Shown piece after piece: positions 42,304 through 51,600 of a DNA stretch of 64,000 nt. The number at the start of each line of letters is the position of its first letter. Positions within the stretch are counted from its first letter, which is position 1. This DNA comes from Oopsacas minuta (Eukaryota; Animalia; Porifera), in contig JAKMXF010000288.1 of assembly GCA_024704765.1 (NCBI GenBank), positions 310,001 through 374,000 on the forward strand, in the 5' to 3' direction. The translations under genes were made by a program, and so were the position numbers. A model generated the notes under the pieces. It did no database searches and had not been told where the DNA came from. It saw only the letters and a list, made by a program, of their open reading frames with translations.

Positions 42304-42873
42304 TCAAAACTTTTTAATTTTCTCTGCGACGACAACTGGGTTTGCTTTCTTAATTTGGTCTCTACCCATTTTTTTGTAATCTATCTCGCAGTGGTGTTCG
42401 TCTGGGTATTGGTGTTCCGGGCAGAATAATCGTTTGCAGCGACACGTGAATCCGGTTAGTCCGACTTTCTTGTTACATACATCACAGCGGTTACGTTTCT
42501 TCTTCGCTTCTGGGGTGCTCTCGGGTGTGAGACGAGATGCGCCGGCGGTCTGCTTGTCAGGGAGGCTCGGGGGAGCTTCGTTATCGATGATATCATCTTC
42601 TATGAGGTCTAATTGTGGTTTAGTTACCGTTTCTTGGGCTGGAGGGTTCCCAACAGGTTTGTGAGGTATATTCGCGCCTAAAACTGTAGCTTCTGACGAA
42701 GGTGTGATAATATCTGTGATCTCCTGGGGGGCGTCTAGGGGTTTGGTCCGATTTTTGAAACATTTCGAGCAAAATCCATCCGTGTTTTGTGCCCCAAAAA
42801 AACCACAACCAGCTCGACATAAATTGGTAGGTTGTGATTGTAGGCCTTGATTGGCGTCTTGAGAATGTGCCAT
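42304..42873 (-). CDS. ZFAND5: A20/AN1 zinc finger protein (ZFAND5/6 family), intronless
   Basis: A20 finger LCRAGCGFFG...CSKCFK; AN1 finger RCDVCNKKVGLTGFTCRCKRLFCPEHQYPDEHHC; ends KANPVVVAEKIKKF. ZFAND5 versus ZFAND6 cannot be resolved. Confidence 0.9.
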   Translation of the reverse strand: MAHSQDANQGLQSQPTNLCRAGCGFFGAQNTDGFCSKCFKNRTKPLDAPQEITDIITPSSEATVLGANIPHKPVGNPPAQETVTKPQLDLIEDDIIDNEAPPSLPDKQTAGASRLTPESTPEAKKKRNRCDVCNKKVGLTGFTCRCKRLFCPEHQYPDEHHCEIDYKKMGRDQIKKANPVVVAEKIKKF

Positions 42874-43183
42874 CTGTTTTTCAGTTCTAATTATAGCCGG
42901 GTTTATATATATATAGAGAGTTAAGTAGGCCTATTTCACATATAAATATATATAAATGGAGGTATATACATATGTGTGTTTGGTTGGTTTCAGTATTATT
43001 TAGTTTAGTTCCATATTATAAAAATTTTGAAAATTGAAATTAGAAATTCGGTTTTTGGTTGAAAACAATTCGTATATGAAACTGAAACTAATATTTTAAC
43101 CAATCCGCTTGTATAAACAAACTCGACATTCAAAGAGAAAACTTGTATTTATACTAAAACCGATTGTGCCTATTGAATGGTGC

Positions 43184-45016
43184 TCAAGCCTGGATAGTAG
43201 CGCGTAGAAGAGATATACTTTTGGTGTCCGTCGCCACCAATTGTCCGCCAAAAACTTCCTCAAACATTTGTTTTCGAATTTCTGGATTCGCTTTAGACAT
43301 AGCCGATTCCAAAACCAAAGCCCCACGATTAGATTTTGCCCATTGCGCCATTTCTAGTACCCCAATTCGATCAAGTGCCAATTCCAGCAGGTTAGGGGTG
43401 TCAGAATTGTGTCGCTTGAATGCGGAGATAACCACAATATGTGCGCTGTCATCTTCAACAATTTCTGGTGAGGATTTGAGTGTTTCCACCATGGATAAAT
43501 TCAAACTATTCAAATCAACAGATGACGAACTCAGAGCGGCCAAGTATAAAATAGAATTCGACTTATTTTTGACATATTCTGGTAGGAATTTGGCCAGAGC
43601 GTGTATAAATGGCGGTAATATTTTCTCTTGTAACTCACGATAACGGGTTTCACTTGGTTTACGACTTGTTGAATTCCCATCGCCGATTTTCAGCACCTTG
43701 ATTATGTCAGGATGGAAATATCTGGCGTCGCGAGGTGTCATAAGATATAGATATATCTTCCTACCATGGTGATGAGAAAGAATGTCGGAAAACTCATCTT
43801 GAGACAAACTTAGAAATATCTTTGAAACCAAAACGGTGTCGTCAACTGAATCAAAAATTGAGATAATCGGTAAGTAACCATGATCTTCGATACAAATCTT
43901 CTTTAGATGTATTTTGAAGGAATTCAGAATGTTTTTGCGGTCTTTCGCTGTTCCCGTCCAAATAAAATACATGATTGAGTAGGCGCCGTCTCGAGTATGT
44001 ACCATTTCGACACATTTTTTGGACAAAATTTGAACCAAATCTATTTTATCTTGGTCAATAGCGATAGAGAAGAATTCGACTATTATGCGATGAATAATGG
44101 AATACCCCCATACTGGTTTGGTTTCCATGGAAACAAGAAAATCCTTTAAGTTTTTAGAAATTTTGTTATGTTTTGTGCTGTCACTTTCAACCACTTCTTT
44201 CAGAGAATAGAAATCTGGTTTGAAATGAATGAATTCAGTTGAAAAGATTTCTAGAAGAATTTCTCGCCGCTCGTCTTTGTTTGCGTAATCATTGTAAGCT
44301 AATTCAAGAACTTGCCCGCCTTCAGTATGGCGCAATAGCTCACGAACGTGACCAAGAAATAGGTTTATAATTTGGGCGCGTTGTTTCGGATTGCCATTTT
44401 TTAGAAAACTCGTGACTAGAAATTTGGAATATTTGGTTTTACAAATCAGAACTATGTGAGATTTCAGTTCCTCAAGTATGCGAGATAATTGATCTTCGTT
44501 TCCATACCTAACCATCGTTTGTATCACTCGGCTGGTGTCATGTCGCAAGGCAAATAAATGTATTTTGCCCGCTAACTCATGCAATAATTGCCCAATCAAT
44601 TCCTCACGTTTGGAGGAATCATACTTTTTGAGTCGTAGCTTCTCCCAATAAGATTTGGTCTTTTTCGCTAATTCAAAATTAGGCTTTGCTTGTTGCCGAA
44701 TTTCTTTTCTCTTCTTTTGGGGTAAAAGTCGTAATTTTGGGAGTTTTTCAATTTTACCATTTTCCCCCTCAAGTGGTTTCGTTTTTATAACTTGCGGACT
44801 TTTCTTGACAAATTTACCAATCGTTTTGCCATCTGACGCTTTGGGTTTGATGGTTTTGAAATTAGATTTTGAAGAATTTTTCGATAAATATTTTTTCGGC
44901 TTTTTTTTGTCAATTTTTTTCGTCCTAAACTGTTTCTGAGTGGATTTCAATTTGGATGAATTCCGGCTTGGTTTTCCTTTAGAATTTCGGGTAGTTTGTT
45001 TGAACTTTTTCGCCAT
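43184..45016 (-). CDS. PUM3: Pumilio homolog 3 (Puf6/Puf-A), intronless
   Basis: Lys-rich N-terminus; HDTSRVIQTMVRYG, EMVHTRDGA, GTAKDRKNILNSFK, DSVDDTVLV, HHGRKIYLYL (CPL domain). Confidence 0.92.
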   Translation of the reverse strand: MAKKFKQTTRNSKGKPSRNSSKLKSTQKQFRTKKIDKKKPKKYLSKNSSKSNFKTIKPKASDGKTIGKFVKKSPQVIKTKPLEGENGKIEKLPKLRLLPQKKRKEIRQQAKPNFELAKKTKSYWEKLRLKKYDSSKREELIGQLLHELAGKIHLFALRHDTSRVIQTMVRYGNEDQLSRILEELKSHIVLICKTKYSKFLVTSFLKNGNPKQRAQIINLFLGHVRELLRHTEGGQVLELAYNDYANKDERREILLEIFSTEFIHFKPDFYSLKEVVESDSTKHNKISKNLKDFLVSMETKPVWGYSIIHRIIVEFFSIAIDQDKIDLVQILSKKCVEMVHTRDGAYSIMYFIWTGTAKDRKNILNSFKIHLKKICIEDHGYLPIISIFDSVDDTVLVSKIFLSLSQDEFSDILSHHHGRKIYLYLMTPRDARYFHPDIIKVLKIGDGNSTSRKPSETRYRELQEKILPPFIHALAKFLPEYVKNKSNSILYLAALSSSSVDLNSLNLSMVETLKSSPEIVEDDSAHIVVISAFKRHNSDTPNLLELALDRIGVLEMAQWAKSNRGALVLESAMSKANPEIRKQMFEEVFGGQLVATDTKSISLLRATIQA

Positions 45017-45610
45017 AATCCAATAAATATGCTACGATTCAGTAAGTATACACATACTCAATTTTACTCATTGCCTATATTAATTGACAAAACCACTGAT
45101 AATTATAATGGAAGCTTAACTAATAATATTGGAATATTCTAGATGAAAACATCTTTAATATGATCATCATTACCAAGCTTTACTAGAGCATTTTTACCAG
45201 AAAACTGTAGAAAATGATTCGATCATGAGATGTTTATCAATTGTCCTATTATTTATATGTACATTCTGAAGTGTAAGTATGATGAAGTGCAGGTGGTGAA
45301 CATACATTGCTCAATTGTATTGCATCTAATTGGTAGGGCGTGAATTGGACCCTCCGTAAGCTGGCGCCAAAATTATGACATAACGAATTCAATGAATTTA
45401 TGACGAAACTTTTATTTAGAAACGTCAAATCTACGAAAATATTATTCCGTATAAGAAATTTTGGCGCTCAAAAAGAAGCGCTACAAATTAATTAATACTG
45501 CCTCTTTGGCGCCATTTATTTTCCCGCCTAAATACAAACGTTCCAAGTTAAAAATTCAGAAATAAGTGAATACAAATAGAAGATATAAAATGCGAATAAA
45601 ATACAAAAAT

Positions 45611-48600
45611 TCATTTTTTGGCAGGTTTTGGTTTACTCTGGGTGGTATAAACTGAGAAAGGGTGACTACTCAATTGTCTTGATTTGGCTGTCGAAGGTGT
45701 TGAAATGGATCTCGATAAGGCGCCAGATTTTATCGACCTTTTATCTTCACTAGCGATAGAATACGCTGAGGTTATCGGTCGTTGTTTTGGCATGCAGTAT
45801 TGACATTTTTGGGTGGAACATCTGTTGTCTAACACCCTTTGAGTTGTGTGGATTAGGAAAGACTCAAAATCTGAGAAATCTTTGGACGCATGCCGGCCTA
45901 ACCAAGCTAGCGAACCGTTAGAATAGAACACGGCGAAGGTTGGCACGCCAATAATGGAATACACATCCACTGGATTTGGTTTTAGGCATTGACCGCATGC
46001 ACAGAAAAATTCGATAGAGGTAGTAGTTTGTTCCACTATTGACAACGCATTTGTGTGATTGGAATTCACGTGGCTATCTCCACTATTGATACAAACGCAA
46101 ACAAGTTTCATTTCTGTTGAATGACATTCGGCGAATTCTGTGAATAATTCAAGAAGTTTTATGGAAGATTTGCACCAAATTGTGAAGAAAAGGGCTACGA
46201 TTATGTTTTCAGATTTAGGCGGGAAAATCTCGATTCTTTCCTTGCTAACATTCCATACTTTCGTATTGTGGGTATTCTTGTTTTGTGTGTATTCTTGTTT
46301 ATCAAAATAACCTCTTGTTGTCAATTCTTTGAGTGTGAGTTTGGTATGTGAACACTCGGCCTCGAAAGAAGGTAAATAACAACAAACGGAAGCTTCACTG
46401 TGACAATTTTTTAGGCAAAATGAAGAAAAACTTGGAAAATCTTTTTCCCAGCTGATTGACAAACTTTCAGAAACTTCGCCAACACCAATTGGGTGTTCCG
46501 TACACGCGCGTACACAAATAGAGACACTTTCTGGATATTTATTTTTGTTTACTTCGACACTACAGTTTGTTTGTTTACTTGACAGATTCATATGTTTATT
46601 TCCATTCACACATACCTGGTATCCACTTATCAACACCTCAGGAGTGTCAACAACAACTTCCCAGCGTAGCAACACAGATATCAACATGGAATGTGATTGA
46701 AGATATTTTAACATAACAGAAATACTTTTCTCCATTTTAAGAAGCTCACTAGATAGCTCAGCAATTTCTTGGCATATTTTTTGCCCCTTAGGGGTCCGTG
46801 TGTCCACCCTCTTGGTTTGCTGCCAGCATAATTTCAACAATAAACTGTCTCTTTCATTTATCAAATTCAAAAGTTCTCCGATGCAATTCGTGCGTTTATT
46901 TAAACTCAAATTCGTGAAAAACACGATTGGTGGATCTGGCGTGATCGCCACTGACATTTGAATTATTTCTGAATAATATTCGGCGCCTAAGTTATCAGTT
47001 GCTCTTATGAAAACTACGAAATCTGATTGGTTCATGAGAGAATGGAATGTGTCCTTGCGTGTGTCGGGGGCCAAATCGACATGTGCGATACAATCGGGAT
47101 GCAACAAATAATTTTCAATTTTCTCAAAAAATTCATTTTTTGGTGCGCAAAATACGTCAATTTTTTCAACCTTCACATTCCCCATCTTTACAACGGTATC
47201 CATGGCAACAGCAATAGAATGTAGTTTGCCGGATGAAATTTGTTTTGGCGTAGGCACTTTCAAACCGGAAGTTTCTATAATCAAATTATTCGACAGTTTT
47301 GAATTCCCTACCAAATGATTGGTCAAGGCTTGCAATCTGAAAAAATACTCTCTGCATGGCAACGCATCATAACTAAAGGAATTCGCACCACTGTCAATTT
47401 CCACAGAATCCGTCTGATCTATAAATAGAACAAACCCGGTGACAGTAGCATCACCGTATTCAATAGGGTGCTTCCATTCTAAATGAATTTTATTGGAGGT
47501 TACTTCTTTTAAGGACAATCTCGGCATTGATGGTGTCGCTGGCGTTTGAATTTTTATCTGGGAAGAAGTGGCGATTAATTTGTCAGATTTTGCCATTGCC
47601 TTGACATGTATAAAGTAAATGGCGCCTGGGACACATTCTCGGATGGTGTAATATGAAATGGTATGTGTTAGTTTTGACACCTTTGGGATGGGGTGTGAGA
47701 TGGAACTCCACTCAACTCTAAAATGATTTGGAACCCTATCTTCTGGTGTGTAATAATTCCATCCCACTTCAATCGATTGACTTTTCACTTCCTTCAAAAA
47801 TGCATCGATATTTTTGCGGGCAACGCCATTTTTTGGATGTTTTTTCGTATGAACCAACGTTTGGATGATGTTTGAGAAAATCCGTTTCGGAATTTCTTCA
47901 CTCACCAAAGCTTGTAGTTTCAAATTATAATTTTCAGAGGCTTTTATAGGTAAGAAAGCCTCGAAATTGATTGGTTGTAACTCAGGGCCTATCACTATAT
48001 CATCACTGTACATTTGATATCCACATATGAGGAAGTCACAATATTGACGTGGCTCGTGCCATTTTATGTTCACACCTCTTGGACTGGGTATATCTGAGAA
48101 TTGTATGAAAGGTGGTTCAGGTGGCGAAGAAATCTGGGAGTGAAAAATTGGCGAAAAAATAGTTTTTTCAGCAAAGTTTAAACAAATTTGGACAACGCAA
48201 ACTAATTTCGGAATTGGATTTTCTATTTGGAATTCAGTCTGTGTATTCGTGAGCACAGTTTCATGTTTGTAGTCATCATTTTTGTACCACCAAATGAGCT
48301 TAATCGTCATTAGGTCCTTCAAATTTGATAGATTCAACCTCCACGACACATTCACACATCCTAAAACGGAATCTGATTGGTCAGCACAACCCTTAAGATC
48401 GATATAATGCATCGAACAAAACACAAAATATTGCGCAAAATTTCGAAAATCGACCAGTAAAGATTCGGACTCATTTTCCTCATCAAATACTAACATTTTT
48501 TCGTTATTCGCTCGACAGGAAGTTCTCCCTAAGGCAACCAACTTAATCTCAAATAAACTATTTTGCGTACGATTCACACATACGCTATATTTGGTCGTAT

Positions 48601-51600
48601 TCCTATTCAATATACGTTGAGATGTTCCGTTAACATAAATACGATAGCCTTTGAAAATACTTCTAATATTGCCGTCAATAGATTGATGAGTCAAAGACTT
48701 ATTCCATGATATCATTAGAGTCGATGGGTTAATCTCTGAGAGGAATAAAATGGGCTTCTCCGGCGGCGCTGGCAACCGGAAAATATTCTTTACCAACAGG
48801 ACTCTATACATTTCAGAGGGTTCATCTGGTTGCAAGAGATTACAATGCAATAGGATTTGATATATTAAACCTGTAGGCAAATTTTTGAAAACATGGTCAG
48901 TTGCAATTTTGTCCAAATCGAGTATTTGTGGCTGATTCGAAGTCTCCTCACAATGAATATCAGATGGTTCATTACCGATACAACACTCCAACGTGTATGA
49001 AAATAATTTCACACTTTCGGGGAACTTTATCTGCCCCCAAACAACTAGAACCTCTCCTTCCTCGTTGGATGTCACTTGAAGTTGAGTATTAAGGTCTAAT
49101 GACAATGTGCGGACGTCGAGTCTCACAGCTGTATGCAGGGACAATAAAATCCGAGATTTCATCTCGTAGGCCTCGATAGGGTCCGAACTTTTCTCCCAGA
49201 TTAGCTTCAAATCGTCACGGACACTATAAAACTCGATAAAGTAGGCAGTATTCGACTTTAAATCGTCCATCTCAAAATGGGATTGTGTGAAATTGACTTT
49301 TTCAAATCGGACAAATACTTTATTTTCGTAATACACAAATGCCCAAATATGCCATGAGACCAGTTTGATGAGTTCAGCAGACCTTGAGTCCCATTTCACA
49401 CGGATTCTATCGAACCATAAGATATCTGGGTTGAGGTTTAATGGGGGTAAAGGTGGACCAGGGGACATGAAGGTAAACGGTTCTGTTTTTGCCTCAATGA
49501 ACTCTCCATTTCTATTTTTGTGGAAAACTGTAATTTCTAATTTATAAAGCGTCCAAGGTAAAAGTCCTAAAAGTTTATAAGAGTACTCATCGATAGATTT
49601 GTAAACTATTCGTTTCATATCACATTCCAAAGGATCCTCAACTGGTTTCCATAACAACGCGAAACTATCTGGCACTAGAAAAACTCCATTTTTCCGTTCC
49701 ACCTTCCAAAAGACCTTGACGCTGGTGCCGAAACATGGGATCACTTTTTGTACCAACGGTAATGGGAGAATTCCAGAAAATTCGAATTCCAAAGGATCAC
49801 TCATGTTGCAAGAATCGTATGCTTCTATTGGTTGAGATTCAGTATAGGAAATGCCATTAGAATTCCCACAAGGATGATTAGTCAGTGCTAAAATCGTGAA
49901 AACATATTTCATCCCAGGTGTTGGGTTGTTAAGTGAGAAGGAAAGGTGTGAAAATGTGATTATTTCGTTGAAAGCGGTTTCGTTTATGAAGACGACATAC
50001 CCCAAGATAGGCGCGGTAACTATGGTAGCTTCTTCCCATTGAATATGAATCGCTGATCGGTTGAATGAAGTGAGAATTGGTCGTTTAGGTATTGGAGGTC
50101 CAGGTGTAGTAAAATTCACTACGTAGCTTGGAGATTCAATGGGTAGAATATATAATATGTTATTTGAGGTGTCGATATGATGTTCTGGGTATAACACCTT
50201 TGTTGATAAAGTATATGAGTGCCCCAGTTTTGAGTTGAAAAGTATGATTTCATTTTCAAAGAATGTCAGGTAGGGAGTGCCTTGCATTTCATCACTGGTT
50301 GAACCTTCAAATGTACACGATTGGCCGTCAGGAGAAATGCATGTAATGTGGTAGTGGATTTTGTTAGGTTTTATTTGTGAAGAATTTTGGCCAATCTCAG
50401 ACCGGAAAAATTCGGTTTGTTTTGTAAATCTCAAATCTAGCGAATCTAGAGATAGAGATAGATCGTTTTCAGCGATAAGTTTCACAGAATTTTTAAAATT
50501 TTGATTCGGTTTAAGTGACACGGGTTGTATTCCAACGCTTTTTGCGAAGAAAATGTTCTTTGACAAACGGACAGGATTTGTATTTTCCTCATCCACAATT
50601 GCTACCAAACTCACACAATTCACAAGTCCAGTTTCAAATTCCTTTATGATGAAGTCCCCTACCGATGCGGACCCTGAAAATATTCCAACACCGTTCAGTT
50701 CTAGCATGGTCCGCTCCAAATTTATTTTCATAAAACACTCATTTCCATCAGAAATTTTCCAACACACTTCAATAAAACTTATCGCAAAATCTTTCGGCAA
50801 AAATTCTATTTTATATTCGTTCATTTGTTTGTTTACAGAATTGACTGATGAGTTTTTGCCAACTAAACTTATCAATGATGCTGTTCTGCTATTTTCACAC
50901 CTCTCAGAATTAGGCGCTAATTCATGTGAATCATTTTCCAATTCGCTTTCTATTATTGGAGTCATTGTAGAAGTAGAAAGTTGAGATATCGTCCGTTGTA
51001 TATGACTCAAAATTTCCCTACCAACCGACAACTCATGGATATTATTTTGCATCACAACAATATCCTCTTGGACAAAATTAGCTCCTTGCGGTCCAAAATG
51101 TTCCCCTATTTTCATAGAATCCCAGTCGTTGGCACAAATATCATCGCTTTCGACACTGAAACTTCTCCCATCTATATCTGTAGATGAAATTTTGGGAGAT
51201 TCGGTACTCAAACTTTTACTAAAAGGATGATTATATGTGAGTTGTGGAGATTCAAAAACAAGAGTTGTACCGTCAGAAGAGGTCGCAAGGGCCGACACCT
51301 GTATCACGTACACCTCCCCTTCTTCCAAATCCTCTAGAAACACGACACATTTTGATTCGTCACCTTTTTCAAATGGGCCTTCCTCAAATTCTGCTGGGAT
51401 ACAACAATTAAGTCGATCATCGACATGAACTGTGTATTCCCTAACAACGGGAATGGAATTTGTTTGGCGTTGCCAACTAATACGCACCAATTCCAATGCA
51501 GAATCTTTCCCAATGGACACTTCCGGAACAGTTGTAATTTCATAAAACGGAAATTCAAATTTAAAAGTGGCCGATTCGAGTAAAATATCACTTCCAATAT

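Noticed and set aside
44121-44134. Perfect X-box palindrome GTTTCCATGGAAAC
   Set aside because: Inside the PUM3 coding sequence (encodes VSMET); most likely coincidental.
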